From Candidatus Omnitrophota bacterium (GTDB taxonomy: Bacteria > Omnitrophota > Gorgyraeia > Gygaellales > Profunditerraquicolaceae), in contig JBAZJY010000002.1 in NCBI GenBank assembly GCA_041651115.1, positions 158,855 to 222,854 of the forward strand: a stretch of 64,000 nt of DNA. Reading direction: 5' to 3'. Both the position numbers and the translations under genes were made by a program. Shown in pieces: positions 19,776 through 28,908 of the stretch. Position 1 is the first letter of the stretch; each line of letters starts with the position of its first letter. The notes below the pieces were generated by a model. The model was not told where the DNA came from. It was given only the letters and a program-made list of their open reading frames with translations, and ran no database searches.

Positions 19776-20381
19776 GTGAAGAAAATATTATTAGCAGCGA
19801 TGTTTTTACTGATTTCGGCTTCTCTGTCTTTCGCGCAAGGGGATAATCTTCTCATTGATGATTTTGAAGGTGCGATTTCCGGCGGGCCTGAAGGCACGGT
19901 TGATTTTGGGGCGGGCAACGGCTCCGCGGTCCAGGTTTTGGCAGCTACGGATATTAAACATTCCGGCAGCCATTCGCTTAAAGTTGATTATGATGCCCTG
20001 GCCGGAGGGTATATTTATGTGGCAAAGGGCAGCGGCCTTGATGCAAAAAATGCCGGATGGCTGGTTAAGCCGGAAGACATTGACTGGAAGGCTTACAAGG
20101 CAATAATTTTTTATATGTACGGCAGTGATTCCAAGGTTGATGTGGCATTTGACATCAAGGACAGCGGCGGGGAGCTGTGGCGTTTTATTGTCAAAGATGA
20201 TTTTACCGGTTGGAAACCGATCCTTTGCCCGTTTGCGGAGTTTTTTGCCCGCAGCGATTGGCAGCCGGAAAGCGCGGATAAAAACGGGAATATAGATTTC
20301 CCTCTTAAGCACTACCAATTTGAGCCGTTGCCCGAAGCAAAGGGCGTGCTTTATTTTGACGAAGTTGAGCTGGTAAAATAG
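19776..20381 (+). CDS. secreted beta-sandwich protein (CIA30/CBM-like), hypothetical
   Basis: GTG start after AAGGAGG. Signal peptide KKILLAAMFLLISASLSFAQG, then a DDFEG...W.......G galactose-binding-like pattern. Confidence 0.4.
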   Translation: MKKILLAAMFLLISASLSFAQGDNLLIDDFEGAISGGPEGTVDFGAGNGSAVQVLAATDIKHSGSHSLKVDYDALAGGYIYVAKGSGLDAKNAGWLVKPEDIDWKAYKAIIFYMYGSDSKVDVAFDIKDSGGELWRFIVKDDFTGWKPILCPFAEFFARSDWQPESADKNGNIDFPLKHYQFEPLPEAKGVLYFDEVELVK

Positions 20382-20405
20382 GATAACCTTAATGGAGGGC
20401 AGGAA

Positions 20406-20822
20406 ATGACTAAGCAGGATATCAAGAATTTGAAGAAACGCTACCTTGTCTGGCTGTATATGACCACCAAAGAGGCATTTGACCGCTACGAAAGAAAATT
20501 CACCCAGCTGGACATTGATACATTCATGCTTTTTGAGATGGAGAAAGAGCTTAAAGGCGCATACCTGCCCGGAGACAAAAAGACGTTGGAAAAATACATT
20601 AATGATTTTCGCGAATATATTGCCGAGAAAGAAAAAGTCTGCCTGAAGTTAAAGTATAAAGATAAAAGGATCGACCCGGAATTCCTTTTTCTTGATATAA
20701 AACTGGATGCGCTTGAAAAAGCGATCGTCAAAGAATTAGGCACAAAGGCCCTGGATGAGATAAAGGCGTTTTACGAATCTGAAATGACCGAGAAGATCTC
20801 GCGGGGGACAAAGCATAAATGA
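20406..20822 (+). CDS. hypothetical protein
   Basis: 138 aa charged helical ORF, co-directional and overlapping the next gene. No recognisable motif. Confidence 0.35.
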   Translation: MTKQDIKNLKKRYLVWLYMTTKEAFDRYERKFTQLDIDTFMLFEMEKELKGAYLPGDKKTLEKYINDFREYIAEKEKVCLKLKYKDKRIDPEFLFLDIKLDALEKAIVKELGTKALDEIKAFYESEMTEKISRGTKHK

Positions 20823-21730
20823 TCATTGACGCGCACAGCCACTGGCTTCCCGAAGAAATAATCAGCAATGCCCATTTTTATTCCAAGGCATGGGGCCAGA
20901 TCAGCTCGCAGATAGAGATCATGGCAGCTGCGGGCATTGATAAGGCGGTCTTAAGCTATCCGACTTCCGACGCGCACTTAAAATTAGGCGGGTCACTTGA
21001 GGTGGCGCAGATCTATAACGACAACGTGGCGGATATCATCAAGCAGGCGCCGGATCAATTCATCGGGGCAGCAATCCTGCCCGTGGAAGATAAAATGAAA
21101 ATGCTCGCGGAATTCAGGCGGGCAACCGAAGATCTCGGGTTTAAGGCATTGTCACTGGCATCAAGCTATGACGGCGCATATCTTGACGATAAGCGCTTTT
21201 TCCCGCTTTATGAAAAAGCAGCGCAAAAGAACCTGCCGGTCTTCGTGCATTCCCAGATCGTTAATCCTATCGGCTTTGAGCGCGTGCAGGATCCGCTGCT
21301 GACGCCGGTGATTGAGTATGTCTTTGATACGACGATCTGCATCGGCAAATTATTAATGAGCGGGGTGCTTGCGGAATTTAACAGCGTAAAATTCATTTTT
21401 GCGCATTTTGGCGGGGTAATCCCGCATCTTGCTTACCGTTTTGACGCGACTTACCAGATGCTGCGTTCAATAAATTTCGTCAAAGACTTAAAAGGCAATC
21501 CTACGCAATTCTTAAAGAATATTTATGTGGATACCAGCGGAGACGTGCGCCAGGCTAATTTCCTTGCCGCGCTTGAGCTGGTGGGCCCGGACCATATTTT
21601 GTGGGGCAGCGATTGGCCGGCAAAAAAAGACCCGGCTGCTTCGATCAAAGCAGTACAGGACTTAGACATATCCGCTGCCGATAAAACAGCAATCCTCGGC
21701 AACAATTTAGCAAAGCTGTTCGCTCTTTAA
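20819..21730 (+). CDS. amidohydrolase-2 family protein (PF04909, decarboxylase/hydrolase type)
   Basis: N-terminal IIDAHSHWLPEEI and C-terminal ILWGSDWP metal-ligand motifs of the ACMSD-type amidohydrolase family. Confidence 0.75.
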   Translation: MIIDAHSHWLPEEIISNAHFYSKAWGQISSQIEIMAAAGIDKAVLSYPTSDAHLKLGGSLEVAQIYNDNVADIIKQAPDQFIGAAILPVEDKMKMLAEFRRATEDLGFKALSLASSYDGAYLDDKRFFPLYEKAAQKNLPVFVHSQIVNPIGFERVQDPLLTPVIEYVFDTTICIGKLLMSGVLAEFNSVKFIFAHFGGVIPHLAYRFDATYQMLRSINFVKDLKGNPTQFLKNIYVDTSGDVRQANFLAALELVGPDHILWGSDWPAKKDPAASIKAVQDLDISAADKTAILGNNLAKLFAL

Positions 21731-22190
21731 TATACGCACGGTTAATTCATGCCTTTTTATTCTCGGCGCTGCAAACATTTTGCCGTCGGCTACGGTTTAC
21801 TCGTCGCTCTCAGGCATACTTTCGTAACATTAGGGCTTCCGCTCCTCGTAAAGCCTTGCCGACTGGCCTGTAAACGAATTGGCAAAAATTTGCAATGCGC
21901 CTGCGAACAAAAAGCATGAATTTATTAATGTGTATCCATAAGCATCCAAGATAAGTATAAATCATAGCAGCGGCTGGCTTGGCTTTGCTTTGAGCAGCAC
22001 GTAGGAGGCTTGAGCGGGCACGGTTGCCCTCATATACGTTAGGGCAGAGCGAAAGCCGACTCACGAGCGAAGATTTTCCTCGCAGGGGAAAATCAAGCGG
22101 TGCTGCGAAAAGCAAGACAAGGCAGACGCTACAAGATTGATTAGATAAGGAAATATAAGTTTGTTAAACTAACCAACAAGGAGTATAACG

Positions 22191-22940
22191 ATGCAAATGG
22201 TTAAGGATGTGCATTTGACGGGTAAGGATTTGACGCAGATGGTGCAGCTCAGACCGCAGGACGTGGGCAAATACGCGATCGTGCCCGGGCCAAAGGACCG
22301 GCTGGAAGTTTTATTAAAAAAGATGGAGAATCCGGTAAAGAATTTCTCATTCATGGAATACACCATGTACACCGGTATGTATCAAGGCATCAAGCTCACC
22401 GGTATAAACGGCGGCAGGTTCTCCACCGACACTTCCATCACTTCGGAAGTAATGTGCAATGCCGGTATACAGAATATCATCCGTATCGGCACCTGCGGTT
22501 CTTTGGATGAAAATATTAAAGTCGGGGACATTGTTGTGGTAGATAAAGTGATCCGCGGCGACGGAGTAACCCCGTATTATGTGGATAAGGATTTTCAGAC
22601 CGTAGCCGACAAAAAGATCACCGATACTTTATTTGAAGTTGCTAAAGGTATGGGTGTCAACGTGCATCGCGGATGCGCCTGGACAACCGACGCGCTGCTG
22701 CGCGAAACAAGGGAGATCGTAGAGGCAAAGCGCAAAGAAGGTGCGATTGCCGTGGATATGGTTTCCTCAACGCTCCTGACCATTGCCCAAACATATAATG
22801 TCAAAGCCGGATCGATCCTGGCGGTAAGCGACAACGTGATCACCGGCGAGATGGGTTTTATGAACCCGCTTTATTATATGGCAGAATCAAGCTTGATCAG
22901 CATTGCTTTGGAAACCGTAAAGAAGCTGGAAGGAAAATAA
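22191..22940 (+). CDS. PNP/UDP phosphorylase family nucleoside phosphorylase (MTA/5'-deoxyadenosine phosphorylase candidate)
   Basis: 249 aa. GTCGSL phosphate-binding segment and PNP_UDP_1 fold pattern. AAGGAG RBS. Confidence 0.65.
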   Translation: MQMVKDVHLTGKDLTQMVQLRPQDVGKYAIVPGPKDRLEVLLKKMENPVKNFSFMEYTMYTGMYQGIKLTGINGGRFSTDTSITSEVMCNAGIQNIIRIGTCGSLDENIKVGDIVVVDKVIRGDGVTPYYVDKDFQTVADKKITDTLFEVAKGMGVNVHRGCAWTTDALLRETREIVEAKRKEGAIAVDMVSSTLLTIAQTYNVKAGSILAVSDNVITGEMGFMNPLYYMAESSLISIALETVKKLEGK

Positions 22941-23881
22941 TGAAATTTTCTCCGCTTTTCTGGCCGATTGAATACAAGAATAGCGCTGTTTATATCCTTG
23001 ATGAGACGCTGCTGCCGCATAAAGTGCGCTATATAAAGGCAGGCAACTATATCCAGGCCTGCAAGGCGATTAAAGAAATGAAAACGCGCGCTGTGGGCCA
23101 GGTGATCTTGGTGTTCTATACTTTTCTGATGGTATTAAACCAGAATAAGGGCAAAAAAGATATTCTGCCGATATTAAAAAAAGTTAGCGAAGAAATTAAC
23201 GCCACGCGGCCCACGCTTTCCTTTAAATATCTCACGGATATGGTACTTGGTTGGGCTGCTCAAGGAGCGCCGTTAGAAAAAAGTATCCCGGGATTTTTGG
23301 AAACTTTAAAGAACAGCCGGATCAAACAGGCAGAACAAGCGGCAAAGCTCTTGAACGATAAAGACGTGGTCCTGACGCATTGCAATGTCAGCGGCCTCCT
23401 GCCTTTGATCGCGGAATTCTGCCGTAAAGAAAACAAAACGATCAGTTTTTTTGCCACGGAAACCCGGCCTTATTTACAGGGTTCGCGCCTGACTGCATGG
23501 GAATTAAGCGAAGCAGGCATTGACGTGACTATCATTGCCGATAATATGGTGGCCCAGGTCATGCAGGAAGGAAAGATCAATAAGGTGATCGTCGGCGCAG
23601 ACCACTTGGCGCAGAACGGCGACATTGCCAATAAGATCGGCACGTACCAGATCGCGATCATTGCCAGGCGTTTTAATGTGCCGTTCTATGTCTTATGCCC
23701 GCCGGCATCAAGGCTGGCAACGGGAAAAGAGATCAAGATCGAGATCCGGCCGGACAAAGAGTTATTGGAATATCAGGGTATTCAGCTTGCGCCAAAAGGG
23801 GCAAAAGGGTATTATCCGGCATTTGACGTCACACCCGCGGAATTGATCACTAAACACATTTACTTGGAGATTCCCCGATGA
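22940..23881 (+). CDS. mtnA: S-methyl-5-thioribose-1-phosphate isomerase family (eIF-2B alpha/beta/delta-like, MtnA-like)
   Basis: 313 aa with the e2B-family layout. The N-terminus ...AVYILDETLLPHKVRYIKAG..AC.AIKEM.TRAVGQ is typical of MtnA. Confidence 0.65.
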   Translation: MKFSPLFWPIEYKNSAVYILDETLLPHKVRYIKAGNYIQACKAIKEMKTRAVGQVILVFYTFLMVLNQNKGKKDILPILKKVSEEINATRPTLSFKYLTDMVLGWAAQGAPLEKSIPGFLETLKNSRIKQAEQAAKLLNDKDVVLTHCNVSGLLPLIAEFCRKENKTISFFATETRPYLQGSRLTAWELSEAGIDVTIIADNMVAQVMQEGKINKVIVGADHLAQNGDIANKIGTYQIAIIARRFNVPFYVLCPPASRLATGKEIKIEIRPDKELLEYQGIQLAPKGAKGYYPAFDVTPAELITKHIYLEIPR

Positions 23882-24879
23882 TTCTCAATAAAGAAAAAGC
23901 GCTCAAGGAAAACATCATCAATATCGGAAAAAAATTATACGGCTTGCGGCTGGTAGTTGCCCGTTCGGGTAACTTAAGCTGCCGCATTGATAAAAATAAT
24001 GTCTTGGTTACTGCCACCGGCACCTGCCTTGGCAGCTTGACTTATGACGATGTGATCAAAGTTGATCTGTCTTCTAATGTGGACATTAAAAAAGAACGGC
24101 TGACTTCAGAATTCCCCCTGCATTCGTTGATCTATAAAAATTTCCCTCATAAAGCAGTGATCCATTGCCATGCCACGCTGATCAATGCTTATTTTGCCGT
24201 TTATCCGGAGATCAAAGCATTGACTTTTGAAACCAAGCTTTACCTGGGTAACATCCCGGTTGTTGAGCAGGACACGCCCACAGTGACTAAGCCGGAAGCA
24301 GTGGTTGAGGCGCTTAAAAACAGCAATATCGTGGTTTTGAAAAATCACGGCGTAATTTCTGTTGCCGATAAATTCTCTGATGCCCTGTATCTTATCGAGG
24401 CGCTGGAAGAAGCGGTCAAGGTTGCGGCAGTGGCGCGTTTGTTTAAGAAAGATATCCTTGATGACCTGGATAAAGCAATAAAAGAAGACCTTGGCCAGGA
24501 TAATGCTTTTCTGATGTTTTCACAGGAGCATATTCAGGCGATCGTAGATCTGGTGAATAAAGACGAGCTGATCGCTAAAAAAGGCGAAGAATTAGACCTC
24601 ACGGTTAAATTGGCAATAAAACTCGACGGCCAGGACAAAGCCTATAAATTTAATTTTGAAAAGGGTAAGATCCCCAGGCTTGATAATGACGAGGACGCGG
24701 CATTTGTGATCTCTGCGCCTTCTGACGTTTGGGAAGCGGTATTCCTCGGCAAGATCGACCCGTTTGTGGCAACAATGCAGGGTAAGATGAAATTGAAGGG
24801 CGAATTCGGCAAGCTCTCGCGATGGTACGTGCCGTTTAACCGACTGTTCCAGTTATTTAAACAGGTAAAGATAAAATAA
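23878..24879 (+). CDS. class II aldolase/adducin-family protein fused to a C-terminal SCP2 sterol-carrier-like domain
   Basis: N-terminal 210 aa carry the class II aldolase Zn-His motifs (HCHA, KNHG). The C-terminal ~110 aa (LTVKLAIK...ATMQGKMKLKGEFGKL) match the SCP2 pattern. Confidence 0.6.
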   Translation: MILNKEKALKENIINIGKKLYGLRLVVARSGNLSCRIDKNNVLVTATGTCLGSLTYDDVIKVDLSSNVDIKKERLTSEFPLHSLIYKNFPHKAVIHCHATLINAYFAVYPEIKALTFETKLYLGNIPVVEQDTPTVTKPEAVVEALKNSNIVVLKNHGVISVADKFSDALYLIEALEEAVKVAAVARLFKKDILDDLDKAIKEDLGQDNAFLMFSQEHIQAIVDLVNKDELIAKKGEELDLTVKLAIKLDGQDKAYKFNFEKGKIPRLDNDEDAAFVISAPSDVWEAVFLGKIDPFVATMQGKMKLKGEFGKLSRWYVPFNRLFQLFKQVKIK

Positions 24880-24880
24880 A

Positions 24881-26353
24881 ATGTATATTAACGGTGAATT
24901 CAAGGAAACCCGCGAAAAGCAGGATGTAATTGACCCTTGTACCGGCCAGGCAATCGCTAAGGTTTCGCTTGCCGGCCCTGCCGAGATAAACGAGGCGCTG
25001 GAAGCGGCGAGAAATGCTTTTGATCACGGGCCATGGCCAAAGCTTCCGCTTCAGCAGCGTAAAGAATTCCTGCTGAAGATATCGCAGGCAATTTTTGATC
25101 ACGCCGCAGAGCTCGCCCGCATTGAAGCGCAAAATACAGGTAAGCCGATCAAAGAAGCCACGTTCATGGATGTGCCTTCCGCGGCAAAAACTTTTGAATA
25201 TTTCGCCAATAACCTGGAAAAGTATCTGGAGCCGGAAACCATAAACATTTCCGCGGAAACCCAGGCGCAGGCAAAGCTTATGCGTCAGCCGCAAGGAGTA
25301 GTTGTCCTGATCGTGCCGTGGAATTATCCGCTTTTGATCGCCGCATGGAAAATGGCTCAAGCCCTGGCAGCCGGCAATGCCGTAGTCCTTAAGTCCTCAA
25401 GCTTGACCCCGCTAAGCGTTTTAGAATTGGCAAAAATAATCAACGCTTGCGGCCTGCCTAAAGGCGCAGTAAATATTATCAACGGCTCGGGCGCAAAACT
25501 TGGCCAGGCTTTATGCGCTGATCCGGCCGTGGACATGGTTTCTTTTACCGGAAGCAATGAAGTGGGGAAACAGGTCATAAATTATGCTTCCCAAAACGTT
25601 AAAAAGCTGACGATAGAGCTGGGCGGGAAATCAGCTGCCGTTGTCTTAAAAGACGCCGACCTCGAAACGGCGGTGAACGGCCTATTGTGCGCGATTTTCT
25701 TGAACCAGGGCCAGATGTGCACGGCAATGTCGCGGATATTTGTTGATGCGGCGGTATATGAAAAATTCTCTGCGGATTTCATTACCAAGGCAAAAAAGAT
25801 CAAATTAGGCAGCAGCCTTGATTTTGAAACTCAAATGGGGCCGTTGATCTCTGAGGCGCAGCGTAAAAAAGTCATTGCCTACGTGGAAAAGGCAGTTAGG
25901 GACGGAGCAAAGTTACTTTGCGGCGGGAAAGCCCCTTCCGCAGAGCTTAAAGACGGCTTTTTCTTTGAGCCGACAGTATTGACGGACATTAAGCCGGATA
26001 TGCCTATTTTTAAAGAGGAAGTTTTCGGGCCGGTTGCCTGTTTGAATAAATTTTCCGGCATTGACGAAGCAGCTAAGCTTGCGAATTCAAGCGAATTCGG
26101 TTTAGCGGCAAGTATTTGGACAAAAGACGAAAAAACCGCGCAAGAGCTGGCTTTGCAGATCAATGCCGGCACAGTTTGGATCAATACCTACGGTATGTTT
26201 TACAACGAACTTCCTTACGGCGGATTTAAGCAAAGCGGTTTTGGAAAAGAACTGGGCAGGGAAGGGTTTTTGGAATACACGCGGCTGAAAAATATCGTTT
26301 CAGACCGCGCGGAAAGCGGTAAGCCGCTGGTAAGTTACTGGTACGGATTCTAA
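24881..26353 (+). CDS. aldehyde dehydrogenase family protein
   Basis: 490 aa. ELGGKS and catalytic QGQMCTA motifs. Confidence 0.85.
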   Translation: MYINGEFKETREKQDVIDPCTGQAIAKVSLAGPAEINEALEAARNAFDHGPWPKLPLQQRKEFLLKISQAIFDHAAELARIEAQNTGKPIKEATFMDVPSAAKTFEYFANNLEKYLEPETINISAETQAQAKLMRQPQGVVVLIVPWNYPLLIAAWKMAQALAAGNAVVLKSSSLTPLSVLELAKIINACGLPKGAVNIINGSGAKLGQALCADPAVDMVSFTGSNEVGKQVINYASQNVKKLTIELGGKSAAVVLKDADLETAVNGLLCAIFLNQGQMCTAMSRIFVDAAVYEKFSADFITKAKKIKLGSSLDFETQMGPLISEAQRKKVIAYVEKAVRDGAKLLCGGKAPSAELKDGFFFEPTVLTDIKPDMPIFKEEVFGPVACLNKFSGIDEAAKLANSSEFGLAASIWTKDEKTAQELALQINAGTVWINTYGMFYNELPYGGFKQSGFGKELGREGFLEYTRLKNIVSDRAESGKPLVSYWYGF

Positions 26354-26368
26354 AACAGGAGCAGGTAA

Positions 26369-27883
26369 ATGGATGTGATAAAACTTCTGGAAGAAAAAGC
26401 AAAGAAGCTTTCTGACAAACCGGCAATAATTTTCCGTGACCAGTTAATAACTTTCCGCTATTTACGGGATACCGTATTCAAGCTATCCGATTCCCTGAAA
26501 AAACTGGGCATAAGAAAAGGCGACAAAGTCGCGATCTATTTGCCGAGCTGGCCGGAATATGTTTACAGTTACCTCGCTGCCTGGTGCCTGGGCGCGACTT
26601 GTGTGCCGCTTGATTTTATGCTCACCGGTGACGAGCTTGCTTCCTGTATTTCTCATTCGGAGAGCAAATTATTGATCGCCAAGCATAAGGCGAATCTCGC
26701 GCTCCCCGATGTTAAATCCCGCTGCCCCAAGCTTAAAAACATCGTCATCTGCCAGGAAAAAATTAACGGGATGCTTAATTTTGAAGAATTGATCGTTTCC
26801 GGATCAAGCAGCGCCCCAACTCCGGTTTTTAATGACAAAGATTACGCGATCATTTTTTATACTTCCGGCACAACCGGAAAACCCAAGGGCGTTTTGATCA
26901 ATTATCTCCAGCTAAGCGCGCCGCCGAAATCAATGGAATATTTTGTGGATCTAAACGAAAAAGATATCACGGTTTGCGCGCTTCCTTTTTCGCACCTTGG
27001 CGGCCTGATCTATATCCAGAATTGCCTTTCTTACGGAATTAGCGTAGTTTTAATGGAACGGTTCATGCCGCTTGAATTCTTGAAGATCATCCAGAATTAT
27101 AAGGTGACCTGTTTCTGGATCGTCCCCTCAATGTATTATGCGTTCCTGCAGTTAAAAGAGTTTGAGAGCTTTGATTTGTCCAGCCTGCGCTGGATGGTTA
27201 CTTTCGGAGCGTCCAATTCGCCGGATGCCCTGCGCCGTTTTCATCAGTTTTGCCCCAAGGCGCACCTTTTAAACGGATGGGGTTTGACAGAGACAAATGC
27301 GCCGACGGTAGTCCTTCCATTAGGCTCAAACAAGATCGAGAGCGTAGGCAGGCCTGCTCCGTGGATTGAAGTAAAGATCTTTAATGAAAACGATCAGGAA
27401 TTACCCCAAGGCCAGGTAGGGGAGGTAGTAGTAAAAAGCTGGGTAGTTACCGACGGTTATTATAAAGACCCGGGCTTGACTTCCGAGACGCTGCGCAACG
27501 GCTGGTTCCACACCGGAGATTTAGGTAAATTCGACAGCGAGGGGCATTTATATATCGTCGGCAGAAAAAAAGAAATGATCAAGGTAGGCGGCGAGATCGT
27601 CTTTGAGCCGGAAGTGGAAGCGGCAATACATAAACATACGGCAATTGCCGAGGCAGCGGTAGTGGGCGTGCCCGATAAATTAAGGGGCGAGGTGCCCAAG
27701 GCTTATATCAGCGTAAAAGAAGGAGAGAAGCTCTCCGAAGAAGACCTGCGTTATTTCCTGCGCCAACACCTGGCGCATTTTAAAATCCCGCATTATTTTG
27801 AATTCAGGGAAACTCTCCCGAAAAACCGCACAGGCAAAATAGATAAAGAATTGCTGAGGCAGGGCCGGCTCGCGGACAAATGA
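26369..27883 (+). CDS. AMP-dependent synthetase/ligase (acyl-CoA synthetase family)
   Basis: YTSGTTGKPKGV P-loop and a C-terminal GEI.F..E segment. Confidence 0.8.
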   Translation: MDVIKLLEEKAKKLSDKPAIIFRDQLITFRYLRDTVFKLSDSLKKLGIRKGDKVAIYLPSWPEYVYSYLAAWCLGATCVPLDFMLTGDELASCISHSESKLLIAKHKANLALPDVKSRCPKLKNIVICQEKINGMLNFEELIVSGSSSAPTPVFNDKDYAIIFYTSGTTGKPKGVLINYLQLSAPPKSMEYFVDLNEKDITVCALPFSHLGGLIYIQNCLSYGISVVLMERFMPLEFLKIIQNYKVTCFWIVPSMYYAFLQLKEFESFDLSSLRWMVTFGASNSPDALRRFHQFCPKAHLLNGWGLTETNAPTVVLPLGSNKIESVGRPAPWIEVKIFNENDQELPQGQVGEVVVKSWVVTDGYYKDPGLTSETLRNGWFHTGDLGKFDSEGHLYIVGRKKEMIKVGGEIVFEPEVEAAIHKHTAIAEAAVVGVPDKLRGEVPKAYISVKEGEKLSEEDLRYFLRQHLAHFKIPHYFEFRETLPKNRTGKIDKELLRQGRLADK

Positions 27884-28908
27884 AGGACATTAAAGACCTT
27901 ACGCTGAAAGAATTGGAAAAGGCGCTGGCAGATATAGCCGAAGAGCGTTTTCACGCCCGCCAAGTCTGGTCGTGGATATATAAAAAGGCTGCGGCTGACT
28001 TCGGCTCAATGAGTAACTTATCCGCCGATTTACGCAGCAGCCTGGCAAAAGAATTCTTTGTCCGTTCTATTTCCTTATCCGATAAGTTGATCTCTATAGA
28101 CGGCACGCAAAAGCTGCTATTTAAGCTAAAAGACGGCAACTTTATCGAAACGGTGATTATACCGGCGGAAAAGCGCGTAACCGGATGCCTTTCCACGCAG
28201 GCAGGATGTAAATTCGCCTGCGGTTTTTGCGCCAGTGGCGCAACAGGATTTAAAAGGAACCTGACAACCGGGGAAATAATTGAAGAGGCCGTTCTTCTAA
28301 AAAATAATTCCGCGGATAATAAACTTACCCACATCGTATTTATGGGTACGGGCGAGCCGCTGGATAATTACGACAATCTGCTTAAGGCAATACGGATCAT
28401 TAATTCAGCAGACGGCCTGAATATCGGCGCGCGCAGGATCACCATTTCTACCTGCGGGATAATCCCCGGGATCGCGCGGCTGGCGCATGAAGGCATCCAG
28501 GTAGAACTGTCAGTCTCCCTGCATGCCAGCGACGACAAAACGCGGTCGCTCTTGATGCCGGTAAATAAGATCTATCCTTTAAAAGAATTACTGGACGCCT
28601 GCCGCGCGTATGTCGAAAAGACCGGCCGTCAGGTTACCTTTGAATACATTTTGATCAAAGGCGTGAATTCCGGTTTGCAAAGCGCGCAAAAGTTGATTAC
28701 AATATTAAAGGGGTTTAACTGCAAGGTAAACCTTATTCTTTCTAACCCCGCGGCTGGTTTCCGCGGCCAGCCTCCGGGCAAACTGGAAATTTTAATGTTT
28801 AAAGACCTGCTTTTAAAATCCGGGGTAAATGCTACGCTGCGTAAAAGCCGTGGAGCGGATATTGCCGCTGCCTGCGGGCAATTGAGATTGAAGTATGAGA
28901 AGGGTTAG
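27880..28908 (+). CDS. rlmN: 23S rRNA/tRNA adenine-C2 methyltransferase (radical SAM)
   Basis: CKFACGFCASG radical SAM cluster, an RlmN-type N-terminus and 342 aa length. Confidence 0.85.
   Translation: MKDIKDLTLKELEKALADIAEERFHARQVWSWIYKKAAADFGSMSNLSADLRSSLAKEFFVRSISLSDKLISIDGTQKLLFKLKDGNFIETVIIPAEKRVTGCLSTQAGCKFACGFCASGATGFKRNLTTGEIIEEAVLLKNNSADNKLTHIVFMGTGEPLDNYDNLLKAIRIINSADGLNIGARRITISTCGIIPGIARLAHEGIQVELSVSLHASDDKTRSLLMPVNKIYPLKELLDACRAYVEKTGRQVTFEYILIKGVNSGLQSAQKLITILKGFNCKVNLILSNPAAGFRGQPPGKLEILMFKDLLLKSGVNATLRKSRGADIAAACGQLRLKYEKG

Noticed and set aside
21810-22115. 101-aa minus-strand ORF inside the 460-bp non-coding island
   Set aside because: It has no RBS, an Arg/Ala/Leu-rich low-complexity translation and no recognisable motif. 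It is more likely a chance ORF in a structured or degenerate non-coding region.
22090-22135. Segment GAAAAGCAAGACAAGGCAGA resembling the SRP (4.5S) RNA domain IV motif GGAAGCAGCCAAGGCAGA
   Set aside because: Only a short partial match exists. The flanking sequence does not form the expected helix 8 or a terminal stem, so SRP RNA is not called.
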